This document shows positions 9,901 to 17,344 of a DNA stretch of 64,000 nucleotides, piece after piece. Position numbers and translations under genes: made by a program. The DNA is from a virus. Taxonomy: Duplodnaviria; Caudoviricetes. The stretch spans positions 11,649-75,648 of the IMG/VR virus record IMGVR_UViG_2744054842_000001; one strand, given 5' to 3'. The notes under the pieces were generated by a model. That model was given only the letters and a program-made list of their open reading frames with translations. It did no database searches and was not told the origin of the DNA. How positions within the stretch are numbered: the first letter of the stretch is position 1; every line of letters starts with the position of its first letter.

Positions 9901-11025
9901 GATTGAAACTGCAGCGGCTTGTTCGGCCACGGCCTTCCGAGAGGCTTGCGCCGTAGCTGCCGTGGCCGCCACTTCTGCCTGCCTCTCAGCGACTACCTGC
10001 TGCTGACTCGCCGCCAAATCGGCATAGCGAGCCTTAGTAGCAGCCGCAAGCGAAACCACCAGCCCAGTTCCGACCTTGGCTGCGTAGGCGCCAGTGATGG
10101 CCATGAGTACATCGGTGTTTTCCGCTACTGCCTTGAGGCCATCGCCGCCGACCGCCACCAGGCTACCAAGAGCATTGGCAATGCTCTGGATACCCATGAC
10201 CACTTCAGGCTTGGCGAGCGAACTGGCCAGGGCATCTACCGAGCTAACAACCGGGTCTACGTTGATCTGTCCGATAGCGGCCAAGAAGTTGTTCTTCAGC
10301 GCGACAGACGCCTGCTCGAAGCGGCGCGGCATCTTGTCCAATTCACTGTTCAGTGACGACAGCGATTGCAGAAGCGCGTTCGTAACCACATCGGATGTGA
10401 TCTTGCCGTCAGCTGCCATCTGGCGAATTTCGCCGTTTGTGACGCCGAGATAATCCGCCAAGGCCCTGGTAATGCGAGGCCCTTGCTCCATGACAGAGTT
10501 CAGCTCTTCACCGCGCAGGGTGCCGGATGCCAACCCTTGGGACAGCTGAATGGCGGCGTTCGACGCCTCTTGCATCGTCGCGCCAGAGATCACGAACGCC
10601 TTGTTGAGCGCGTCTGTGACGTTTAACAGTTGCTCCTGGGTGAATCCTGCGCCGCGCGTAGCGTTAGCCAGGCGCGTATACAGCGATACAGTGGCCTCCA
10701 GCGAGCTTCCGGTGTTGTTGGCCATCGCCAGCAGTTTCTGGAACGACTCATTAGCGTTCGTAGTCGACGTGCTAACAAGGGCCAGCGAGCCCTGCATGGA
10801 CTTGAAGGAATCGGTTAGGCGCAGAACCTCTCGCGTCACTGCGCCGACGCCAAGAGCAGCAAGGGCACTGCCAGCCGCTCTAGCGGCATCACCTACTCCT
10901 CTGGTGCTTTCGGCAGCATCGTCGCCAGCCGCCTGCAGATTTCCCAGGCCAGATCGCAACTGGTCGACCTGCTTCTTTGCACCACGCGAGTCGATGACTA
11001 TCGCGAGTCTTGATTCCTGGGTCAT
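6997..11025 (-). CDS. Tape measure protein
   Basis: 1342 aa, Ala/Gln-rich; QLSQGLASGTLRGEELNSVME motif; FATGGYVSGAGTGTSDSI motif. Confidence 0.95.
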   Translation of the reverse strand: MTQESRLAIVIDSRGAKKQVDQLRSGLGNLQAAGDDAAESTRGVGDAARAAGSALAALGVGAVTREVLRLTDSFKSMQGSLALVSTSTTNANESFQKLLAMANNTGSSLEATVSLYTRLANATRGAGFTQEQLLNVTDALNKAFVISGATMQEASNAAIQLSQGLASGTLRGEELNSVMEQGPRITRALADYLGVTNGEIRQMAADGKITSDVVTNALLQSLSSLNSELDKMPRRFEQASVALKNNFLAAIGQINVDPVVSSVDALASSLAKPEVVMGIQSIANALGSLVAVGGDGLKAVAENTDVLMAITGAYAAKVGTGLVVSLAAATKARYADLAASQQQVVAERQAEVAATAATAQASRKAVAEQAAAVSITQRSMAETAAARAAQANTVAQLQAVQQQLAADRALEAQRLQAQINDVGRQQSLTRLAEIRRAEAAVTLQQAAAERALGQMAGQEVIIQSQLAAGQARLTTLREADTAAVVAQNAAQVRLNTAQSLGARASAGLMALAGGPIGLLTTALTVAAGAVIYFSSSTDSATQSLIDQNLTLDDSIVKYRQLSAEQQRFQSAKWMEAQRDAAKDASSALSEYFTRAFDGLNSLGVSGVESADTFKRMFEEVRNGQRSLDSLTGWLTSNTQISSVYRDELVRIGAEYSASSQKADDYARLLDRSKTATDGATSSAKSQASAQQASAAAVGGGEQAWEKYISQLTQTRDLIGANTAQEAAYTAAKAGFNSQQVEYARLIGEQTDLLKKYEEAVKDGKKEDQERLRVQLTASITASEAIKSQMESQGRSMKTMAENAESSAKRQVDAIQTVIDQTVRYAKGLSLVEKYEPKQTLQGASLLTFGQQQPTSQPKSSPKTKTVAEMVQEVLDQIDGNTTAKPGNTGSPKGQKGLSSKLNEAQTAFDNLYKAAQPAKFALQEYVERQSQLELLLSKGKITQQQYNEALAQSSLNYAAAIKGAQGLTQAEQYRAQLERQLSGQQSEYSIAAAGVGMGDQQTQRLQQRVQLEQQTNDRILQLRTELANATTEKQRQDLQAQIDLTNEFLPQQLAAMQAGWAQIDQAMLNPINGWTAAVQNFGNQARDIAGQTQSIFSSAFNTISTDITDAIMSGQLSMSTLGDIASNVVREIIAGFVKMGVQMALNAALNATLGTAAAGQSMILAGTTATAWAPAAAMASLATLGANSVPAAAALTSTTALASSLAVIPGFATGGYVSGAGTGTSDSIMARLSDGEFVVNAAATKRNRVLLEAINSNERVSVAGGGGSVVSTQSSGSTQAPVVAQPSVTVNLIEDRSRAGTVDQRTGEDGQLQIDAFVADIWGGGERAQAIEAAYGLSRNPT

Positions 11026-11091
11026 GCCTTTCTCCGGGCGAAAAAAAACCGGCCATTGCCGGTTTAGTTAATTTTCATTCTCTTGAGGCGC

Positions 11092-11730
11092 TTATTTCCT
11101 CAGCGCCATCAAAATCAGGACGAACACCACGCAAAAGGCGATAGCTCCAAGTGCCTTGCCGATAGCCTCGTTCTTTTCAGTTTCTGCGGCAGCCCTCTGA
11201 TTTAGATCATCTGCCTGCCTGTTTAATCTATCAGCCTCAGCGCTCATGTGAAGGGTGTTTGCATTAAGCTCTTCCGCATACATGGCCTGGAGGGCAAGCG
11301 CCTCATCTGGAGGCAGGTTTTTCAACTGTTCGTTGAACCTATCCTGCTGATCAAGAGCGATCTGATGAATATTCTCGCCTCTTGCTGCGGCCGCCAGCAG
11401 TTCGTCGCTATCTGTCTTGACGTATCTCCGCACAGCCTGCCTATCCAGAGTCCTTTCCTGGCGACTGCTTCCCTCATGATGATCATTCTGATGGGGGGAT
11501 TCCTGCAGAGAGCTATTCGACTTCGCTTCGAGTTCTGCAACATACGCGTCAGTGAAGATAACTACGTCCTCATCTGGCCATCCTTGCATGAGGTTTTTCT
11601 GAGACTCCTCATGCTTGAGCAGGAGAGCCTGAATATCCTCACCGCTTTTGGCCGCATGCTCCAGTTCAGCCATGAAATGTGCAGCAACAGTCCTTGCTAG
11701 GCTATTCAGATCATCCCTGCTTTGAGCCAT
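11092..11730 (-). CDS. Moron protein with internal duplication and C-terminal TM anchor
   Basis: Start MAQSRDD; two similar ~50-aa helical segments; hydrophobic C-terminus. Confidence 0.65.
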   Translation of the reverse strand: MAQSRDDLNSLARTVAAHFMAELEHAAKSGEDIQALLLKHEESQKNLMQGWPDEDVVIFTDAYVAELEAKSNSSLQESPHQNDHHEGSSRQERTLDRQAVRRYVKTDSDELLAAAARGENIHQIALDQQDRFNEQLKNLPPDEALALQAMYAEELNANTLHMSAEADRLNRQADDLNQRAAAETEKNEAIGKALGAIAFCVVFVLILMALRK

Positions 11731-11806
11731 TTTTTGCCACTCCCGAGTTGATGGCAGCAATCTACCACCATCAGCAGGAAGCGCCAAAACCCCGCGAATA
11801 CAGGGT

Positions 11807-11840
11807 GAAAAAAAGAAAGGACACCCAAAGGTGCCCTCTC
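11807..11840 (-). terminator. Intrinsic terminator closing the pentamer-repeat RNA array
   Basis: - strand GAGAGGGCACCTTTGGGTGTCCTTTC followed by a T run. Confidence 0.8.
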
Positions 11841-11843
11841 GAT

Positions 11844-11965
11844 GCCGTTTACGGCCCACGCCGGACCAAGCCATACCATGGCCAACCACGGCACGCCTTG
11901 TCACGCCCCAGCTCAATTGGCGGCTTACGCCACCGCAATACCCCCTCGACGAAGGAGCATTACGC
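11844..11965 (-). ncRNA. Putative guide RNA unit 2: two scaffold hairpins, 11 GGY-NN pentamers (11858-11912), GGGCCGTAAACGGC hairpin
   Basis: - strand tract GCT-GG GGC-GT GAC-AA GGC-GT GCC-GT GGT-TG GCC-AT GGT-AT GGC-TT GGT-CC GGC-GT; same scaffold as unit 1. Confidence 0.8.
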
Positions 11966-12076
11966 TGTTTTCAGCCCATGCCACACCTTGTCACGCCATA
12001 TCGCGCCGGACCCTTGCGAACCTAGCCGCATGATGCTTTCGCACCGCAATGCCCTCTCATAGAAAGGGCATGACGC
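11964..12076 (-). ncRNA. Putative guide RNA unit 1: two scaffold hairpins, 10 GGY-NN pentamers (11978-12027), GGGCTGAAAACAGC hairpin
   Basis: - strand tract GGC-TA GGT-TC GCA-AG GGT-CC GGC-GC GAT-AT GGC-GT GAC-AA GGT-GT GGC-AT; starts 3 nt after the stop of the upstream gene. Confidence 0.8.
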
Positions 12077-12079
12077 TAC

Positions 12080-12538
12080 TCAGCGCAGGGCCTTCGTCGC
12101 CATCCCGCGCAGCGCGGAGAACTTCGCCACCTGATCCAGGTTATCTCGTCGCTGATCGTCGGTCAGCTCAGTGATGCGCAGATTTCTCAGCTTCTGCCCA
12201 GTGCTGCGGAACACCTTGCGAACGTTGCGCCCAAGCTCTTCCATGGCCACCCCCGTCTGCTCATGCGGTGGCACCCAGCGATAACCGCGCCCTCGTACTG
12301 ACTGCAGGCAGACCTGGTGATCGCGCAGCAACTCGGCCTTGAACGCCTCGACGTTTGCCAGCCATTCGAACTGCCGATCGCGGAACTGCTCGACCGTGAG
12401 CGACTTGGAGTCACCCATGGAGGGCATGCCGAACCGCGCCTCAAGCCAGTCGTGCCCCACAAGGTCGCCGTACTTGAACTCCTTGAGGAAGTCCTCGACC
12501 GCCTGCTTGTGACCGGGATATTTGGTGAGCTCAGACAT
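12080..12538 (-). CDS. Accessory protein, possible winged-helix (QSVRGRGYRW), coupled to the RAMP-like gene
   Basis: Start MSELTKYPGH overlaps the upstream stop; motif resembles the OmpR-type wing TVRGxGYR. Confidence 0.65.
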   Translation of the reverse strand: MSELTKYPGHKQAVEDFLKEFKYGDLVGHDWLEARFGMPSMGDSKSLTVEQFRDRQFEWLANVEAFKAELLRDHQVCLQSVRGRGYRWVPPHEQTGVAMEELGRNVRKVFRSTGQKLRNLRITELTDDQRRDNLDQVAKFSALRGMATKALR

Positions 12539-13106
12539 AGACCACCTTGAAACGACCGAACCGTGGGCGATACTCGCAGACACCGATCAGCTTGCCGGAG
12601 TCCTCGATGGCCTTCTTCACCTCCTGAAGGTCAAGCACATCGGCATTGATCGCCACCTCAAGCTGGCATGCCCAGTCGAGAAAGATCGGCCGGTACCGCA
12701 TGATCTTGGCCTGGCCGACCTTCACTCCGCGGCAGTCGACGAAACGCTGATCATCCCAAAGCGACTCCGGCGTCGATGGGCCGGCGAATTCAAGCTCAGC
12801 CTTGTCAGTCATTACCAAGGCTCCGCGCTTCCAGTGCGTCCCCAGCTTCTGCAGCTTGGCGCCTGCAAGGAATGTCGCGTCGAAGTTCGCGCCAGGGATG
12901 AAGAACCCGGACGATGAATCAAAATAGGCACCGGCGATGAACTCAGACCGAGCAATGGCCAAGTGATCATCATCAGTTTTCTTGCGCTTGGCGGTCAGCT
13001 CCTTGTGAGCCTTCGTAGCCGGGTGCAGCGGGTTTGCCAGCTTGTCGCTGTGCATCATCAGCGGCGAAGTGCCCTTGATACTCAGAGTTAACAGCTCCAT
13101 GCTCAT
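12531..13106 (-). CDS. Stand-alone Cas7/RAMP-like protein (VIPR-like)
   Basis: N-terminal LSIKGTSPLMMH strand, FFIPGANF, RYRPIF.DW and C-terminal Gly loop IGVCEYRPRFGRF, typical of RAMP/RRM proteins; adjacent repeat RNA. Confidence 0.75.
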   Translation of the reverse strand: MSMELLTLSIKGTSPLMMHSDKLANPLHPATKAHKELTAKRKKTDDDHLAIARSEFIAGAYFDSSSGFFIPGANFDATFLAGAKLQKLGTHWKRGALVMTDKAELEFAGPSTPESLWDDQRFVDCRGVKVGQAKIMRYRPIFLDWACQLEVAINADVLDLQEVKKAIEDSGKLIGVCEYRPRFGRFKVVYV

Positions 13107-13981
13107 TTCCCGGCCCTCCGGGTCATGTACTCGTATCGGCTTTTCAGGTTCACGACAGCCGCCATCAAGAACTGGAACATTTCGGGAATCGAGACAGGAA
13201 TATCGCCAGGAGTAGCAACCATGCCCTCCATCAACTCGCGCTTGGACAGGATGAATGCGCCTTCTGATATTTCCTCAATGCTCTGCTGGCCTTTGTGGTC
13301 GAAAGCCAGCAAGTAGCGCTTGTGTGGCTCGCCGGCGATCTGAACAGGCTCACGCTTAGGCAGGTGCTCGCCCTCGAAAACGTAGGCAGCGACGAAGTTA
13401 CAGGCATTGGCCAGTTCTTCCGCCGGAATCAGTGCGGTCTTCTGAACGCTGAAGCGGGTGCGCAGCCGGCTCTTCATGGTGTGTTTGAAGCTACGGCGCA
13501 GTGCGACCGGGAGAGCGTTGGCCTTCTGATCGATGACCTGATCCAGAACGTGCTCGCCGTCACTACCTATTACCGTTCCCATGAGAGTCTGAACAGGTAC
13601 AGGGAAGGAGCTTCCACCTTGCCCCTTAATCTGGAAGTAGCTGTCTTCCAGCTTCTCGAACACCTCCCAGGCTTCGTCGGTGTCCAGCATCTTGGCATGA
13701 CGAGCAGCACCACGCTCAGTCCAGAGGATGAGGCTACGCGCCTGCTTATCAACAGACCCGATATTATCGGGGCTGTTCTTGAAAGCCTTGAGATCCGCGC
13801 CTTCCAGCTTGAAAAAGTGCTTCCCGGCTTCAAATCGGTCTGCGTTGTTCTGGAAATTGTCCTGGATGTTTTTGGGCTTGGCTCGGTACACGCTAGCGAG
13901 TGCCGCAGTGGTAATGACCGGCAGCCCGGTAAAGCGAATGCGCGGGAGGTTGTCCGGCGTAATTGTTGTGCTATTATTCAT
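13103..13981 (-). CDS. Antirepressor with ORF6N domain
   Basis: VITT..LA..Y, RFEAGKHFFKLEG and LWTERGAARHAKMLDTDEAWEVFEKLEDSYF motifs. Confidence 0.9.
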   Translation of the reverse strand: MNNSTTITPDNLPRIRFTGLPVITTAALASVYRAKPKNIQDNFQNNADRFEAGKHFFKLEGADLKAFKNSPDNIGSVDKQARSLILWTERGAARHAKMLDTDEAWEVFEKLEDSYFQIKGQGGSSFPVPVQTLMGTVIGSDGEHVLDQVIDQKANALPVALRRSFKHTMKSRLRTRFSVQKTALIPAEELANACNFVAAYVFEGEHLPKREPVQIAGEPHKRYLLAFDHKGQQSIEEISEGAFILSKRELMEGMVATPGDIPVSIPEMFQFLMAAVVNLKSRYEYMTRRAGK

Positions 13982-14048
13982 CTCGACGTTTTTCCTAGAC
14001 CGATTGACGTTATCCAAAGCCTCAGCGCCTGCCAGCACTGGGGCTTTT

Positions 14049-14216
14049 TCATGCCCGCTGCTTTTTCTCATCCTGCATCTCCTGCTCGAGTGATTTTCTG
14101 AGCCGGAAGACAATCTCTCCGCTCAAGCTTCGCCCATTAATCTCCGCGCGCTGCTCCAGCTTTTGTCGCATATCGCACAGCATTCTCACTGCGGTGGTTA
14201 TCTTCTTGGTACCCAT
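14049..14216 (-). CDS. Arc-like ribbon-helix-helix repressor (55 aa)
   Basis: Hand translation MGTKKITTAVRML...AEINGRSLSGEIVFRLRKSL; AAGGAG RBS; immediately upstream of ant. Confidence 0.8.
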   Translation of the reverse strand: MGTKKITTAVRMLCDMRQKLEQRAEINGRSLSGEIVFRLRKSLEQEMQDEKKQRA

Positions 14217-14330
14217 ACCTGGCTCCTTTTCTTGCGTTTTGTGAGTTTAATGCCTTTGATTGCCTTGTCAAACATTTTTTGCTTTTTGTGCGTTTGATGT
14301 ATGCTTCTAGAGACGTACATAGGGCGCGCC

Positions 14331-14756
14331 ATGTCTGACGATTTCGCAACAAAACTCATCTACCTGCGCGGCGAGAGAAACCTCACGCAGCAGGAACTGG
14401 GAGACGCCAGTGGTGTGTCTCCCTCACAGATTTCAAGGTATGAGGCTGGCCAGGCAAAGCCTCGTAAGACTGTGCTGAGAAAACTGGCCGAAGCACTTTG
14501 CGTGCCGGTGGAGGAGCTTCAAGACGAGGTTCCAGTCGTCCTAGAGAGTCCTGACGGCGATAAAATGCCGATCACGATAGACCGCGAAACCTTCGACCAG
14601 ATGCAAAAAGCAGCCCGCGCATCAGGCAAGTCCTTGGGCGAAGTCCTGTCTGAAACCCTCGCCTGGGGCCTCCGAATGCTCAAAGAGAGCCCCGAATTCG
14701 CCGCCAGCCTTAAGCGACAGATCGAAGAAAGCCGAAAGGCAGATAAGGACGAGTAA
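14331..14756 (+). CDS. XRE-family HTH regulator, divergent from arc/ant (immI-like)
   Basis: LTQQELGDASGVSPSQISRYEAG HTH. Confidence 0.85.
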   Translation: MSDDFATKLIYLRGERNLTQQELGDASGVSPSQISRYEAGQAKPRKTVLRKLAEALCVPVEELQDEVPVVLESPDGDKMPITIDRETFDQMQKAARASGKSLGEVLSETLAWGLRMLKESPEFAASLKRQIEESRKADKDE

Positions 14757-14839
14757 CCCCAAGCCCGGCCAAGCGCCGGTCTGACCCATCCGTTCATCGG
14801 GAATCACGAACGCCGCGGTCAGGCGCTCTACAATCGTCA

Positions 14840-14856
14840 TTAACGACCCACGTTAA
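14840..14856. promoter_or_regulatory. HigA operator-like palindrome TTAAC-N7-GTTAA
   Basis: TTAACGACCCACGTTAA directly upstream of higB. Confidence 0.65.
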
Positions 14857-14865
14857 GCGTTAACG

Positions 14866-15144
14866 ATGATTATCAGCTTCCGTTGCCAAGAAACGCAGAC
14901 GCTGTTCACGACTGGCGCCTCTCGCAGATGGGCGCCAATTCTGTCTGTCGCTCAACGAAAGCTGACGATGTTGAATGAGGCGGTCGCCCTGAAGGACCTC
15001 AGGGCACCTCCCGGGAATCGCCTGGAAGCACTACAAGGGAACCGGCAAGGTCAATACAGCATCCGAATAAATGATCAGTACCGAATTTGCTTTACCTGGG
15101 ATGCTCAGGGGCCTGAAAACGTTGAAATTGTAGACTACCACTGA
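14866..15144 (+). CDS. higB: HigB (RelE-like) toxin
   Basis: PPGNRLEALQG..GQYSIRINDQYRICF.W...VEIVDYH. Confidence 0.92.
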   Translation: MIISFRCQETQTLFTTGASRRWAPILSVAQRKLTMLNEAVALKDLRAPPGNRLEALQGNRQGQYSIRINDQYRICFTWDAQGPENVEIVDYH

Positions 15145-15152
15145 GGTGACTT

Positions 15153-15464
15153 GTGTTTACTAACGGCATGCGCCCGGTCCACCCGGGCGAGATCCTAAAG
15201 GAAGAGTTCCTCCATCCACTGGATCTCACTCCGACAGAGGTTGCTCGGAAACTTCACGTTTCCCCTCCCACTGTATTGGACATTGTGAACGAGAAGCGCG
15301 GCATCACCGCTGACGTAGCATTGCGCCTCGCAACCTGTTTTGACACCACCCCCCAATTCTGGACGAACCTCCAGTCTGCCTACGAGTTGCGCAAAGCTGA
15401 AATCGCGCATGGAGCAGAAATACAGCGGCAGGTGCAAAGGGTTGTGGAGAATGCTGAGACATAG
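15153..15464 (+). CDS. higA: HigA antitoxin
   Basis: PVHPGEILKEEFL, ITADVALRL, FW.NLQ motifs. Confidence 0.92.
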   Translation: MFTNGMRPVHPGEILKEEFLHPLDLTPTEVARKLHVSPPTVLDIVNEKRGITADVALRLATCFDTTPQFWTNLQSAYELRKAEIAHGAEIQRQVQRVVENAET

Positions 15465-15878
15465 GCGCTTGCTGGAGCTTAGCTAGACTTCTGCGCGCAG
15501 CCACCAGGCACTCTGAACGCGAACCTACACTCACCTTTAAATGCCTTGGCCACACTGAGCGCGTCGACGGCACGATCGCGAGCTACACGATTGAGGTGAC
15601 CTGCTCGCGCAATAGTCGAGTTGATATACTGGAGGTAGAACCCAGTCACCTCGCCTCGGTCCGAAGCATGAAAAGACTTCTCTTAAACCGATGCATGCTT
15701 TACTCGACCACTCAGAAAAAGCACACCGAGACCATAGCTGCGATGTTCGACGCGCAGGACACTGAAGCGGAGCGAGAGAACAGCCTCGACCAAGCCATCT
15801 CGTAGCACGGCGACAGCTAGGCGCAGGCCAGAGCTAGTCACAAAAAGCCCAGCGCGGGGCTGAGCCGGTCACTTTGAC

Positions 15879-16265
15879 CTACCAACTACTGCGCTTGGGA
15901 CGGTAATAGAGAAACAAGCTCACGGGGATCAAAAGCGCTATCACCAAGCAAAGGATGCTCACTCCACCATCCAGCCTCAGCCAACCCACAATCGCAAGAA
16001 TCTCTCCAATTATCCATGCAAGCACCCACTCACCCGTCGAGTACTCCCTGGGCCCTCCACTCGAGCTCGCTCGGCTTTGCTTGGCCTTGTAAAGCGTTGA
16101 GCTTGAAATGCCAGTTCCTGGTATTCCTGTCGTAACGCGAGTACCGCGTTTGCTGAGATTGACAGTTGCCCCTTTGACGCCGAGCGAGGTGCTAACGCCA
16201 CTCTTGCTAAGGTTGATTCGTACGCCGGGGGCGATCTTGATGCTTTTTCGAAAACGTAGCGCCAT
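15879..16265 (-). CDS. DUF4236-domain membrane protein
   Basis: FRKSIKIAPGVRINLSKSGVSTSLG...IPGTGIS; two TM segments. Confidence 0.85.
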   Translation of the reverse strand: MALRFRKSIKIAPGVRINLSKSGVSTSLGVKGATVNLSKRGTRVTTGIPGTGISSSTLYKAKQSRASSSGGPREYSTGEWVLAWIIGEILAIVGWLRLDGGVSILCLVIALLIPVSLFLYYRPKRSSW

Positions 16266-16419
16266 AGCTCGACTCCTTGAGGAAGGCAATGAGCCATCAT
16301 CGCTGAAAGCTGATCACCTGACCACCCTGTCCGCCCATCCACCCTGGACGGAAAGCCAGTAACCCGCCATGCGGGTGCCGTAGTAGCGTTGTGCCTCCAC
16401 ATCGCAAGGAGGGTTAGAC

Positions 16420-16680
16420 ATGGCCCAATACGCTTCGGACACAAAGAAATACTTAAGCGAAACTACAGAGCCCAATGCGGATCATTGGAAGAAGATGTAC
16501 GGGGTCGGCGCGATAGTGCCCGTTTCTGGCATATACCGCTGCAGAGGCTGCGGCGACGAAATTACCTCGAACAAAGGTGACCCCTTCCCACCCCAAAACA
16601 AACACCAGCATGCAGACCCAAAAGTTGACATTTGGTGGGAGCTGATCGTTAAAACCCAAACTACTGGTTCAGGCCGGTAA
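16420..16680 (+). CDS. Small Zn-ribbon protein (YjzC/protein L-like)
   Basis: VPVSGIYRCRGCG...FPPQN.HQH...W. Confidence 0.7.
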   Translation: MAQYASDTKKYLSETTEPNADHWKKMYGVGAIVPVSGIYRCRGCGDEITSNKGDPFPPQNKHQHADPKVDIWWELIVKTQTTGSGR

Positions 16681-16743
16681 CAAACCGCCCCGGTCCGTTG
16701 CCGGCAAGCCCATGGACCGGGGCAACATTGACCAGGAGGTCGC

Positions 16744-17004
16744 ATGAGCTACGAACAAGAGATGCATCGCTTCATTGAGCAACAGCAGAAGTACATTCAA
16801 GAGCTAGCTAACACCGTTGAGACTATGGCCTGCTTGACTCGAGGACTGCTCAAGGCTGTGCATCAGTCGTCAGGGGATAGCGGCGTTGATGCAGTCCTCG
16901 ACACGGCACTGGCGGCAGCAAGCGGTATGCGCTGGAGCGGCGAAGCCAGAGCTAACAAGGTTCTGATCAAGCAGCTGTGCGACGAGGCTAAATCCGCTAG
17001 ATAA
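16744..17004 (+). CDS. Hypothetical moron protein
   Basis: AGGAGG RBS, 86-aa ORF. Confidence 0.6.
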   Translation: MSYEQEMHRFIEQQQKYIQELANTVETMACLTRGLLKAVHQSSGDSGVDAVLDTALAAASGMRWSGEARANKVLIKQLCDEAKSAR

Positions 17005-17149
17005 TCGGATTCAATCCGAGCGCTTCTTCGAGGCGCGTGAGCCGGCGCTCTAATAGGTCGGCCTCATCACTCGCGAGCTTCTTCAACTCCTCAAGCGTCT
17101 TTACCGGTTTACCATCAGGCTGCTCTTCCATTTCTTCCAGATTTTGCAT
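16997..17149 (-). CDS. 50-aa small protein ending LLERRLTRLEEALGLNPII
   Basis: Hand-translated; AGGAG RBS; paralog of 6844-6987. Confidence 0.6.
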   Translation of the reverse strand: MQNLEEMEEQPDGKPVKTLEELKKLASDEADLLERRLTRLEEALGLNPII

Positions 17150-17158
17150 GCTCATCTC

Positions 17159-17344
17159 CTAATTTTCGTCCTCTTCCGCCAGCGCGGCCTCATCCAAGGC
17201 GAATATCACCTCGTCGACAAGGCGCCTGGGCAGTGGTAGCGGGTGAACCTCAAGCCAGTCGGTGATCTCCCGGGCTGAAAGCCTTAGTGGCTGCACTGCG
17301 GCGGCGCCAACCAGGTAGCGCCGCCCGCGCGCCGAACTACTCAT
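17159..17344 (-). pseudogene. Relic second copy of the tail chaperone gpT C-terminus
   Basis: RGRRY...EI.D...IFALDE pattern parallels the 17341-17583 product. Confidence 0.55.

Noticed and set aside
11731-11916. N-terminal extension of the 274-aa ORF and other short ORFs over the pentamer tract
   Set aside because: They run through the terminator and the repeats, and a 5-nt period is incompatible with codon structure; the true start is more likely ATG 11730.
11844-12076. Canonical CRISPR array or simple microsatellite
   Set aside because: There are no 25-45-nt repeats with unique spacers. A microsatellite would not have variable NN positions inside a conserved hairpin scaffold.
15596-15805. 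Short ORF after higA
   Set aside because: Uncertain start and no recognisable motif; not annotated.
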